Assembly: GCF_009914755.1 (NCBI RefSeq)
Contig: NC_060936.1
From: the human T2T-CHM13v2.0 reference genome, Homo sapiens
Reading direction: 5' to 3' (one strand)
DNA length: 64,000 nucleotides
The position numbers were made by a program, and so were the translations under genes. Positions within the stretch are counted from its first letter, which is position 1. Every line of letters begins with the position of its first letter. Shown one piece after another: positions 1 to 12,700 of the stretch. Under the pieces are notes generated by a model. It saw nothing but the letters and a program-made list of their open reading frames with translations, had not been told where the DNA came from and searched no databases.

Positions 1-202
1 AGAATGATTCTGTCTAGTTTTTATACGAAGATATTTCCTTTTCTACATTTGTCTCAAAGCGATTGAAATCTCCAACTGGAAACTGCACAAATAGGGTGTT
101 TCAAATCTGCTCTGTCTAAAGGAAGGTTCAACTCTGTGAGTTGAATACACACACCACAAATAAGTTACTGAGAATTCTTCTGTCGAACATTACAGGAAGA
201 AA

Positions 203-219
203 TCCCGTTTCCAACGAAG
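203..219 (-). promoter_or_regulatory. CENP-B box (representative first copy; ~188 box positions in the window, one per dimer)
   Basis: + strand TCCCGTTTCCAACGAAG = CTTCGTTGGAAACGGGA on the - strand, matching the established NTTCGNNNNANNCGGGN consensus. It recurs at ~340-bp intervals. Confidence 0.97.
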
Positions 220-372
220 GCCTCAAAGAGGTCCAAATATCCACTTGCAGACATTACAAACAGTGTGTTTCCAAACTGCTCCATCAAAAGAAAGGTTAAA
301 TTCTGTGAGCTGAACACACACATCAAAAAGAAGTTTCTGTGAATGATTCTGTCTAGATTTTATAAGAAGATG

Positions 373-390
373 TTTCCTTTTCTACCGTAG
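373..390 (+). promoter_or_regulatory. pJ-alpha-box-like motif in the CENP-B-box-less monomer (representative)
   Basis: TTTCCTTTTCTACCGTAG lies at the position homologous to the CENP-B box in the alternate monomer. It resembles the established A-type monomer pJ-alpha consensus TTCCTTTTYCACCRTAG. Binding cannot be shown from sequence. Confidence 0.6.
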
Positions 391-1357
391 GCCTCAAAGC
401 GCTTGAAATCTCCAGCTGCAAATTCCACAAAAAGGGTGTTTAACATCTGCTCTTCTAAAGGAAAGTTCAACTCTATGAGTTGAATACACACAGCACAAAG
501 AAGTTACTGAGACTTCTCCTATCAAACATTATATGAAGAAATCCCGTTTGCAACGAAGGCCTCAAAGAGGTCCAAATATCTGCTTGCAGACTTTACAGAC
601 AGAGTTTTTCCAAACTGCTCCATCAAAAGAAAGGTTAAACTCCTTGAGTTGAACACACACATCACAATGTAGTTTCTGTGAATGATTCTGTCTAGTTTTT
701 ATACGAAGATGTTTCCTTTTTTACCTTTGGTCTCAATGCGATTGAAATCTCCACATGGAAACTCCACAAAAAGAGTGTTTCAAATCTGCTCTTTCTGAAG
801 GAAGGTTCAACTCTGTGAGTTGAATACACACACCACAAATAAGTTACTGAGAATTCTTCTGTGTAACATTATATGAGGAAATCCCGTTTCCAACGAAGGC
901 CTCAAAGAGGTCCAAATATCCACTTGCAGACTTACAAAGACAGTGTCTCCAAACTCTTCCATCAAAAGAAAGGTTATACTCTGTGAATTGAACGCACACA
1001 TCACAAAGTAGTTTCTGAGAATGATTCTGTCTAGTTTTTATACGAAGATATTTCCTTTTCTACATTTGGCCTAAAAGCGCTTGAAATCTCCACCTGCAAA
1101 TATCACAAAAAGAGGGTTTCACATCTGCTCTGTCTAAAGGACAGTTCACCTCTGTGAGTTGAATAGAGGCAACACAAAGAACTTACTCAGTATTCTTCTT
1201 TCTAGCGTTCTATGAAGAAATCCCGTTTCCAACGAAGGCCCCAAAGAGGTCCAAATATCTGCTTGCAGACTTTACAGACAGAGTGTTTCCAAACTACTCT
1301 ATGAAAAGAAAGCTTAAACTCCTTGAGTTGAACGCACACATCACAAAGTAGTTTCTG

Positions 1358-2716
1358 AGAATGATTCTGTCTAGTTTTTATACGAAGATGTTTCCTTTTC
1401 TACATTTGGTCTCAAAGCGATTGAAATCTCCAACTGGAAACTGCACAAATAGGGTGTTTCAAATCTGCTCTGTCTAAAGGAAGGTTCAACTCTGTGAGTT
1501 GAATACACACACCACAAATAAGTTACTGAGAATTCTTCTGTCGAACATTACTTGAAGAAATCCCGTTTCCAACGAAGGCCTCAAAGAGGTCCAAATATCC
1601 ACTTGCAGATATTACAAACAGAGTGTTTCCAAACTGCTCCATCAAAAGAAAGGTTAAACTCTGTGAGCTGAACACACACATCAAAAAGAAGTTTCTGTGA
1701 ATGATTCTGTCTAGATTTTATAAGAAGATGTTTCCTTTTCTACCGTAGGCCTCAAAGCGCTTGAAATCTCCAGCTGCAAATTTCACAAAAAGGGTGTTTA
1801 ACATCTGCTCTTCTAAAGGAAAGTTCAACTCTATGCGTTGAATACACACAGCACAAAGAAGTTACTGAGACTTCTCCTATCAAACATTATATGAAGAAAT
1901 CCCGTTTCCAACGAAGGCCTCAAAGAGGTCCAAATATCTGCTTGCAGACTTTACAGACAGAGTGTTTCCAAACTGCTCCATCAAAAGAAAGGTTAAACTC
2001 CTTGAGTTGAACACACACATCACAAAGTAGTTTCTGTGAATGATTCTGTCTAGTTTTTATACGAAGATGTTTCCTTTTCTACCTTTGGTCTCAAAGCGAT
2101 TGAAATCTCCACATGGAAACTCCACCAAAAGAGTGTTTCAAATCTGCTCTTTCTGAAGGAAGGTTCAACTCTGTGAGTTGAATACACACACCACAAATAA
2201 GTTACTGAGAATTCTTCTGTGTAACATTATATGAGGAAATCCCGTTTCCAACGAAGGCCTCAAAGAGGTCCAAATATCCACTTGTAGACTTTACAAAGAC
2301 AGTGTCTCCAAACTCCTCCATCAAAAGGAAGGTTATACTCTGTGAATTGAACGCACACATCACAAAGTAGTTTCTGAGAATGATTCTGTCTAGTTTTTAT
2401 ACGAAGATATTTCCTTTTCTACATTTGGCCTAAAAGCGCTTGAAATCTCCACGTGCAAATATCACAAAAAGAGGGTTTCACATCTGCTCTGTCTAAAGGA
2501 CAGTTCACCTCTGTGAGTTGAATAGAGGCAACACAAAGAACTTACTCAGTATTCTTCTTTCTAGCGTTCTATGAAGAAATCCCGTTTCCAACGAAGGCCT
2601 CAAAGAGGTCCAAATATCTGCTTGCAGACTTTACAGACAGAGTGTTTCCTAACTACTCTATGAAAAGAAAGCTTAAACTCCTTGAGTTGAACGCACACAT
2701 CACAAAGTAGTTTCTG
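1358..2716 (-). repeat. Representative canonical 8-mer HOR unit (dimers A-B-C-D, 1,359 bp)
   Basis: Dimer A marker CAACTGGAAACTGCAC...CTGTCGAACATTAC. Dimer B marker TCTAGATTTTATAAG...CAGCTGCAAAT...GACTTCTCCTATC. Dimer C marker CCACATGGAAAC...TGTAACATTATATGAGG...GACAGTGTCTCC. Dimer D marker GGCCTAAAAGCGC...GAATAGAGGCAAC...ACTCTATGAAAAG. The next A starts at 2717. Confidence 0.93.
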
Positions 2717-5428
2717 AGAATGATTCTGTCTAGTTTTTATACGAAGATGTTTCCTTTTCTACATTTGTCTCAAAGCGATTGAAATCTCCAACTGGAAACT
2801 GCACAAATAGGGTGTTTCAAATCTGCTCTGTCTAAAGGAAGGTTCAACTCTGTGAGTTGAATACACACACCACAAATAAGTTACTGAGAATTCTTCTGTC
2901 GAACATTACTTGAAGAAATCCCGTTTCCAACGAAGGCCTCAAAGAGGTCCAAATATCCACTTGCAGACATTACAAACAGTGTGTTTCCAAACTGCTCCAT
3001 CAAAAGAAAGGTTAAACTCTGTGAGCTGAACACACACATCAAAAAGAAGTTTCTGTGAATGATTCCGTCTAGATTTTATAAGAAGATGTTTCCTTTTCTA
3101 CCGTAGGCCTCAAAGCGCTTGAAATGTCCAGCTGCAAATTCCACAAAAAGGGTGTTTAACATCTGCTCTTCTAAAGGAAAGTTCAACTCTATGAGTTGAA
3201 TACACACAGCACAAAGAAGTTACTGAGACTTCTCCTATCAAACATTATATGAAGAAATCCCGTTTCCAAAGAAGGCCTCAAAGAGGTCCAAATATCTGCT
3301 TGCAGACTTTACAGACAGAGTTTTTCCAAACTGCTCCATCAAAAGAAAGGTTAAACTCCTTGAGTTGAACACACACATCACAAAGTAGTTTCTGTGAATG
3401 ATTCTGTCTAGTTTTTATACGAAGATGTTTCCTTTTCTACCTTTGGTCTCAATGCGATTGAAATCTCCACATGGAAACTCCACAAAAAGAGTGTTTCAAA
3501 TCTGCTCTTTCTGAAGGAAGGTTCAACTCTGTGAGTTGAATACACACACCACAAATAAGTTACTGAGAATTCTTCTGTGTAACATTATATGAGGAAATCC
3601 CGTTTCCAACGAAGGCCTCAAAGAGGTCCAAATATCCACTTGCAGACTTACAAAGACAGTGTCTCCAAACTCCTCCATCAAAAGAAAGGTTATACTCTGT
3701 GAATTGAACGCACACATCACAAAGTAGTTTCTGAGAATGATTCTGTCTAGTTTTTATACGAAGATATTTCCTTTTCTACATTTGGCCTGAAAGCGCTTGA
3801 AATCTCCACGTGCAAATATCACAAAAACAGGGTTTCACATCTGCTCTGTCTAAAGGACAGTTCACCTCTGTGAGTTGAATAGAGGCAACACAAAGAACTT
3901 ACTCAGTATTCTTCTTTCTAGCGTTCTATGAAGAAATCCCTTTTCCAACGAAGGCCCCAAAGAGGTCCAAATATCTGCTTGCAGACTTTACAGACAGAGT
4001 GTTTCCAAACTACTCTATGAAAAGAAAGCTTAAACTCCTTGAGTTGAACGCACACATCACAAAGTAGTTTCTGAGAATGATTCTGTCTTGTTTTTATACA
4101 AATGTATTTCCGTTTCTATGGCCTCAAAGCAATTGAAATCTCCAACTGGAAACTGCACAAATAGGGTGTTTCAAATCTGCTCTGTCTAAAGGAAGGTTCA
4201 ACTCTGTGAGTTGAATACACACACCACAAATAAGTTGCTGAGAATTCTTCTGTCAAACATTACAGGAAGAAATCCCGTTTCCAACGAAGGCCTCAAAGAG
4301 GTCCAAATATCCACATGCAGACATTACAAACAGAGTGTTTCCAAACTGCTCCATCAAAAGAAAGGTTAAACTCTGTGAGCTGAACAGACACATCAAAAAG
4401 AAGTTTCTGTGAATGATTCTGTCTTGATTTTATAAGAAGATGTTTCCTTTTCTACCGTAGGCCTCAAAGCGCTTGAAATCTCCAGCTGCAAATTCCACAA
4501 AAAGGGTGTTTAACATCTGGTCTTCTAAAGGAAAGTTCAACTCTATGAGTTGAATACACACAGCACAAAGAAGTTACTGAGACTTCTCCTATCAAACATT
4601 AAATGAAGCAATCCCGTTTCCAACGAAGGCCTCAAAGAGGTCCAAATATCTGCTTGCAGACTTTACAGACAGAGTGTTTCCAAACTGCTCCATCAAAAGA
4701 AAGGTTAACCTCCTTGAGTTGAACACACACATCACAAAGTAGTTTCTGAGAATGATTCTGTCTAGTTTTTATACGAAGATGTTTCCTTTTCTACCTTTGG
4801 TCTCAAAGCGATTGAAATCTCCACATGGAAACTCCACAAAAAGAGTGTTTCAAATCTGCTCTGTCTAAAGGAAGGTTCAACTCTGTGAGTTGAATACACA
4901 CACCACAAATAAGTTACTGAGAATTCTTCTGTGTAACATTATATGAGGAAATCCCGTTTCCAACGAAGGCCTCAAAGAGGTCCAAATATCCACTTGCAGA
5001 CTTTACAAAGACAGTGTCTCCAAACTCCTTCATCAAAAGAAAGGTTATACTCTGTGAATTGAACGCACACATCACAAAGTGCTTTCTGAGAATGATTCTG
5101 TCTAGTTTTTATACAAAGATATTTCCTTTTCTACATTTGGCCTAAAAGCGCTTGAAATCTCCACCTGCAAATATCACAAAAAGAGGGTTTCACATCTGCT
5201 CTGTCTAAAGGACAGTTCACCTCTGTGAGTTGAATAGAGGCAACACAAAGAACTTACTCAGTATTCTTCTTTCTAGCGTTATATGAAGAAATCCCGTTTC
5301 CAACGAAGGCCTCAAAGAGGTCCAAATATCTGCTTGCAGACTTTACAGACAGAGTGTTTCCAAACTACTCTATGAAAAGAAAGCTTAAACTCCTTGAGTT
5401 GAACGCACACATCATAAAGTAGTTTCTG

Positions 5429-6785
5429 AGAATGATTCTGTCTAGTTTTTATACGAAGATGTTTCCTTTTCTACATTTGGTCTCAAAGCGATTGAAATCT
5501 CCAACTGGAAACTGCACAAATAGGGTGTTTCAAATCTGCTCTGTCTAAAGGAAGGTTCAACTCTGTGAGTTGAATACACACACCACAAATAAGTTACTGA
5601 GAATTCTTCTGTCGAACATTACTTGAAGAAATCCCGTTTCCAACGAAGGCCTCCAAGAGGTCCAAATATCCACTTGCAGACATTACAAACAGAGTGTTTC
5701 CAAACTGCTCCATCAAAAGAAAGTTTAAACCCTGTGAGCTGAACACACACATCAAAAAGAAGTTTCTGTGAATGATTCTGTCTAGATTTTATAAGAAGAT
5801 GTTTCCTTTTCTACCGTAGGCCTCAAAGCGCTTGAAATCTCCAGCTGCAAATTCCACAAAAAGGGTGTTTAACATCTGCTCTTCTAAAGGAAAGTTCACC
5901 TCTATGAGTTGAATACACACAGCACAAAAAGTTACTGAGACTTCTCCTATCAAACATTATATGAAGAAATCCCGTTTCCAACGATGGCCTCAAAGATGTC
6001 CAAATATCTGCATGCAGACTTTACAAAGACAGTGTCTCCAAACTCCTCCATCAAAAGAAAGGTTATACTCTGTGAATTGAACGCACACATCACAAAGTAG
6101 TTTCTGAGAATGATTCTGTCTAGTTTTTATACGAAGATATTTCCTTTTCTACATTTGGCCTAAAAGCGCTTGAAATCTCCACCTGCAAATATCACAAAAA
6201 GAGGGTTTCACATCTGCTCTGTCTAAAGGACAGTTCACCTCTGTGAGTTGAATAGAGGCAACACAAAAACTTACTCAGTATTCTTCTTTCTAGCGTTCTA
6301 TGAAGAAATCCCGTTTCCAACGAAGGCCCCAAAGAGGTCCAAATATCTGCTTGCAGACTTTACAGACAGAGTGTTTCCAAACTACTCTATGAAAAGAAAG
6401 CTTAAACTCCTTGAGTTGAACGCACACATCACAAAGTAGTTTCTGAGAATGATTCTGTCTAGTTTTTATACGAAGATATTTCCTTTTCTACATTTGGCCT
6501 AAAAGCGCTTGAAATCTCCACCTGCAAATATCACAAAAAGAGGGTTTCACATCTGCTCTGTCTAAAGGACAGTTCACCTCTGTGAGTTGAATAGAGGCAA
6601 CACAAAGAACTTACTCAGTATTCTTCTTTCTAGCGTTCTATGAAGAAATCCCGTTTCCAACGAAGGCCTCAAAGAGGTCCAAATATCTGCTTGCAGACTT
6701 TACAGACAGAGTGTTTCCAAACTACTCTATGAAAAGAAAGCTTAAACTCCTTGAGTTGAACGCACACATCACAAAGTAGTTTCTG
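5429..6785 (-). repeat. Variant HOR: A - B/C hybrid - D - D (8 monomers long but rearranged)
   Basis: Dimer B switches to the C tail (TTTACAAAGACAGTGTCTCC) at ~6020. D dimers start at 6107 and 6446; the next A is at 6786. Confidence 0.88.
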
Positions 6786-9700
6786 AGAATGATTCTGTCT
6801 AGTTTTTATACGAAGATATTTCCTTTTCTACATTTGTCTCAAAGCGATTGAAATCTCCAACTGGAAACTGCACAAATAGGGTGTTTCAAATCTGCTCTGT
6901 CTAAAGGAAGGTTCAACTCTGTGAGTTGAATACACACACCACAAATAAGTTACTGAGAATTCTTCTGTCGAACATTACAGGAAGAAATCCCGTTTCCAAC
7001 GAAGGCCTCAAAGAGGTCCAAATATCCACTTGCAGACATTACAAACAGTGTGTTTCCAAACTGCTCCATCAAAAGAAAGGTTAAATTCTGTGAGCTGAAC
7101 ACACACATCAAAAAGAAGTTTCTGTGAATGATTCTGTCTAGATTTTATAAGAAGATGTTTCCTTTTCTACCGTAGGCCTCAAAGCGCTTGAAATCTCCAG
7201 CTGCAAATTCCACAAAAAGGGTGTTTAACATCTGCTCTTCTAAAGGAAAGTTCAACTCTATGAGTTGAATACACACAGCACAAAGAAGTTACTGAGACTT
7301 CTCCTATCAAACATTATATGAAGAAATCCCGTTTGCAACGAAGGCCTCAAAGAGGTCCAAATATCTGCTTGCAGACTTTACAGACAGAGTTTTTCCAAAC
7401 TGCTCCATCAAAAGAAAGGTTAAACTCCTTGAGTTGAACACACACATCACAAAGTAGTTTCTGTGAATGATTCTGTCTAGTTTTTATACGAAGATGTTTC
7501 CTTTTTTACCTTTGGTCTCAATGCGATTGAAATCTCCACATGGAAACTCCACAAAAAGAGTGTTTCAAATCTGCTCTTTCTGAAGGAAGGTTCAACTCTG
7601 TGAGTTGAATACACACACCACAAATAAGTTACTGAGAATTCTTCTGTGTAACATTATATGAGGAAATCCCGTTTCCAACGAAGGCCTCAAAGAGGTCCAA
7701 ATATCCACTTGCAGACTTACAAAGACAGTGTCTCCAAACTCTTCCATCAAAAGAAAGGTTATACTCTGTGAATTGAACGCACACATCACAAAGTAGTTTC
7801 TGAGAATGATTCTGTCTAGTTTTTATACGAAGATATTTCCTTTTCTACATTTGGCCTAAAAGCGCTTGAAATCTCCACCTGCAAATATCACAAAAAGAGG
7901 GTTTCACATCTGCTCTGTCTAAAGGACAGTTCACCTCTGTGAGTTGAATAGAGGCAACACAAAGAACTTACTCAGTATTCTTCTTTCTAGCGTTCTATGA
8001 AGAAATCCCGTTTCCAACGAAGGCCCCAAAGAGGTCCAAATATCTGCTTGCAGACTTTACAGACAGAGTGTTTCCAAACTACTCTATGAAAAGAAAGCTT
8101 AAACTCCTTGAGTTGAACGCACACATCACAAAGTAGTTTCTGAGAATGATTCTGTCTAGTTTTTATACGAAGATGTTTCCTTTTCTACATTTGGTCTCAA
8201 AGCGATTGAAATCTCCAACTGGAAACTGCACAAATAGGGTGTTTCAAATCTGCTCTGTCTAAAGGAAGGTTCAACTCTGTGAGTTGAATACACACACCAC
8301 AAATAAGTTACTGAGAATTCTTCTGTCGAACATTACTTGAAGAAATCCCGTTTCCAACGAAGGCCTCAAAGAGGTCCAAATATCCACTTGCAGATATTAC
8401 AAACAGAGTGTTTCCAAACTGCTCCATCAAAAGAAAGGTTAAACTCTGTGAGCTGAACACACACATCAAAAAGAAGTTTCTGTGAATGATTCTGTCTAGA
8501 TTTTATAAGAAGATGTTTCCTTTTCTACTGTAGGCCTCAAAGCGCTTGAAATCTCCAGCTGCAAATTTCACAAAAAGGGTGTTTAACATCTGCTCTTCTA
8601 AAGGAAAGTTCAACTCTATGCGTTGAATACACACAGCACAAAGAAGTTACTGAGACTTCTCCTATCAAACATTATATGAAGAAATCCCGTTTCCAACGAA
8701 GGCCTCAAAGAGGTCCAAATATCTGCTTGCAGACTTTACAGACAGAGTGTTTCCAAACTGCTCCATCAAAAGAAAGGTTAAACTCCTTGAGTTGAACACA
8801 CACATCACAAAGTAGTTTCTGTGAATGATTCTGTCTAGTTTTTATACGAAGATGTTTCCTTTTCTACCTTTGGTCTCAAAGCGATTGAAATCTCCACATG
8901 GAAACTCCACCAAAAGAGTGTTTCAAATCTGCTCTTTCTGAAGGAAGGTTCAACTCTGTGAGTTGAATACACACACCACAAATAAGTTACTGAGAATTCT
9001 TCTGTGTAACATTATATGAGGAAATCCCGTTTCCAACGAAGGCCTCAAAGAGGTCCAAATATCCACTTGTAGACTTTACAAAGACAGTGTCTCCAAACTC
9101 CTCCATCAAAAGGAAGGTTATACTCTGTGAATTGAACGCACACATCACAAAGTAGTTTCTGAGAATGATTCTGTCTAGTTTTTATACGAAGATATTTCCT
9201 TTTCTACATTTGGCCTAAAAGCGCTTGAAATCTCCACGTGCAAATATCACAAAAAGAGGGTTTCACATCTGCTCTGTCTAAAGGACAGTTCACCTCTGTG
9301 AGTTGAATAGAGGCAACACAAAGAACTTACTCAGTATTCTTCTTTCTAGCGTTCTATGAAGAAATCCCGTTTCCAACGAAGGCCTCAAAGAGGTCCAAAT
9401 ATCTGCTTGCAGACTTTACAGACAGAGTGTTTCCAAACTACTCTATGAAAAGAAAGCTTAAACTCCTTGAGTTGAACGCACACATCACAAAGTAGTTTCT
9501 GAGAATGATTCTGTCTAGTTTTTATACGAAGATGTTTCCTTTTCTACATTTGTCTCAAAGCGATTGAAATCTCCAACTGGAAACTGCACAAATAGGGTGT
9601 TTCAAATCTGCTCTGTCTAAAGGAAGGTTCAACTCTGTGAGTTGAATACACACACCACAAATAAGTTACTGAGAATTCTTCTGTCGAACATTACTTGAAG

Positions 9701-12700
9701 AAATCCCGTTTCCAACGAAGGCCTCAAAGAGGTCCAAATATCCACTTGCAGACATTACAAACAGTGTGTTTCCAAACTGCTCCATCAAAAGAAAGGTTAA
9801 ACTCTGTGAGCTGAACACACACATCAAAAAGAAGTTTCTGTGAATGATTCCGTCTAGATTTTATAAGAAGATGTTTCCTTTTCTACCGTAGGCCTCAAAG
9901 CGCTTGAAATGTCCAGCTGCAAATTCCACAAAAAGGGTGTTTAACATCTGCTCTTCTAAAGGAAAGTTCAACTCTATGAGTTGAATACACACAGCACAAA
10001 GAAGTTACTGAGACTTCTCCTATCAAACATTATATGAAGAAATCCCGTTTCCAAAGAAGGCCTCAAAGAGGTCCAAATATCTGCTTGCAGACTTTACAGA
10101 CAGAGTTTTTCCAAACTGCTCCATCAAAAGAAAGGTTAAACTCCTTGAGTTGAACACACACATCACAAAGTAGTTTCTGTGAATGATTCTGTCTAGTTTT
10201 TATACGAAGATGTTTCCTTTTCTACCTTTGGTCTCAATGCGATTGAAATCTCCACATGGAAACTCCACAAAAAGAGTGTTTCAAATCTGCTCTTTCTGAA
10301 GGAAGGTTCAACTCTGTGAGTTGAATACACACACCACAAATAAGTTACTGAGAATTCTTCTGTGTAACATTATATGAGGAAATCCCGTTTCCAACGAAGG
10401 CCTCAAAGAGGTCCAAATATCCACTTGCAGACTTACAAAGACAGTGTCTCCAAACTCCTCCATCAAAAGAAAGGTTATACTCTGTGAATTGAACGCACAC
10501 ATCACAAAGTAGTTTCTGAGAATGATTCTGTCTAGTTTTTATACGAAGATATTTCCTTTTCTACATTTGGCCTGAAAGCGCTTGAAATCTCCACGTGCAA
10601 ATATCACAAAAACAGGGTTTCACATCTGCTCTGTCTAAAGGACAGTTCACCTCTGTGAGTTGAATAGAGGCAACACAAAGAACTTACTCAGTATTCTTCT
10701 TTCTAGCGTTCTATGAAGAAATCCCTTTTCCAACGAAGGCCCCAAAGAGGTCCAAATATCTGCTTGCAGACTTTACAGACAGAGTGTTTCCAAACTACTC
10801 TATGAAAAGAAAGCTTAAACTCCTTGAGTTGAACGCACACATCACAAAGTAGTTTCTGAGAATGATTCTGTCTTGTTTTTATACAAATGTATTTCCGTTT
10901 CTATGGCCTCAAAGCAATTGAAATCTCCAACTGGAAACTGCACAAATAGGGTGTTTCAAATCTGCTCTGTCTAAAGGAAGGTTCAACTCTGTGAGTTGAA
11001 TACACACACCACAAATAAGTTGCTGAGAATTCTTCTGTCAAACATTACAGGAAGAAATCCCGTTTCCAACGAAGGCCTCAAAGAGGTCCAAATATCCACA
11101 TGCAGACATTACAAACAGAGTGTTTCCAAACTGCTCCATCAAAAGAAAGGTTAAACTCTGTGAGCTGAACAGACACATCAAAAAGAAGTTTCTGTGAATG
11201 ATTCTGTCTAGATTTTATAAGAAGATGTTTCCTTTTCTACCGTAGGCCTCAAAGCGCTTGAAATCTCCAGCTGCAAATTCCACAAAAAGGGTGTTTAACA
11301 TCTGGTCTTCTAAAGGAAAGTTCAACTCTATGAGTTGAATACACACAGCACAAAGAAGTTACTGAGACTTCTCCTATCAAACATTAAATGAAGCAATCCC
11401 GTTTCCAACGAAGGCCTCAAAGAGGTCCAAATATCTGCTTGCAGACTTTACAGACAGAGTGTTTCCAAACTGCTCCATCAAAAGAAAGGTTAACCTCCTT
11501 GAGTTGAACACACACATCACAAAGTAGTTTCTGAGAATGATTCTGTCTAGTTTTTATACGAAGATGTTTCCTTTTCTACCTTTGGTCTCAAAGCGATTGA
11601 AATCTCCACATGGAAACTCCACAAAAAGAGTGTTTCAAATCTGCTCTGTCTAAAGGAAGGTTCAACTCTGTGAGTTGAATACACACACCACAAATAAGTT
11701 ACTGAGAATTCTTCTGTGTAACATTATATGAGGAAATCCCGTTTCCAACGAAGGCCTCAAAGAGGTCCAAATATCCACTTGCAGACTTTACAAAGACAGT
11801 GTCTCCAAACTCCTTCATCAAAAGAAAGGTTATACTCTGTGAATTGAACGCACACATCACAAAGTGCTTTCTGAGAATGATTCTGTCTAGTTTTTATACA
11901 AAGATATTTCCTTTTCTACATTTGGCCTAAAAGCGCTTGAAATCTCCACCTGCAAATATCACAAAAAGAGGGTTTCACATCTGCTCTGTCTAAAGGACAG
12001 TTCACCTCTGTGAGTTGAATAGAGGCAACACAAAGAACTTACTCAGTATTCTTCTTTCTAGCGTTATATGAAGAAATCCCGTTTCCAACGAAGGCCTCAA
12101 AGAGGTCCAAATATCTGCTTGCAGACTTTACAGACAGAGTGTTTCCAAACTACTCTATGAAAAGAAAGCTTAAACTCCTTGAGTTGAACGCACACATCAC
12201 AAAGTAGTTTCTGAGAATGATTCTGTCTTGTTTTTATACAAAGTTATTTCTGTTTCTATGATTGGCCTCAAAGTGATTGAAATCTCCAACTGGAAACTGC
12301 ACAAATAGGGTGTTTCAAATCTGCTCTGTCTAAAGGAAGGTTCAACTCTGTGAGTTGAATACACACACCACAAATAAGTTACTGAGAATTCTTCTGTCGA
12401 ACATTACATGAAGAAATCCCGTTTCCAACGAAGGCCTCAAAAGGTCCAAATATCCACTTGCAGACATTACAAACAGAGTGTTTCCAAACTGCTCCATCAA
12501 AAGAAAGGTTAAACTCTGTGAGCTGAACACACACATCAAAAAGAAGTTTCTGTGAATGATTCTGTCTAGATTTTATAAGAAGATGTTTCCTTTTCTACCG
12601 TAGGCCTCATAGTGCTTGAAATCTCCAGCTGCAAATTCCACAAAAAGGGTGTTTAACACCTGATCTTCTAAAGGAAAGTTCAACTCAATGAGTTGAATAC

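Noticed and set aside
216-226. Short palindromes or dyads (AGGCCT, AAGCGCTT, CAGCTG, GAATTC, TCTAGA) and CA runs as special structural signals
   Set aside because: These are ordinary constituents of the alpha-satellite consensus and too short to support a claim of cruciform or regulatory function.
542-558. Variant CENP-B boxes TCCCGTTTGCAACGAAG, TCCCGTTTCTAACGAAG (17851, 20229), TCCCGCTTCCAACGAAG (57897, 60950) as loss-of-function
   Set aside because: The changes fall at N positions of NTTCGNNNNANNCGGGN, so they were counted as intact.
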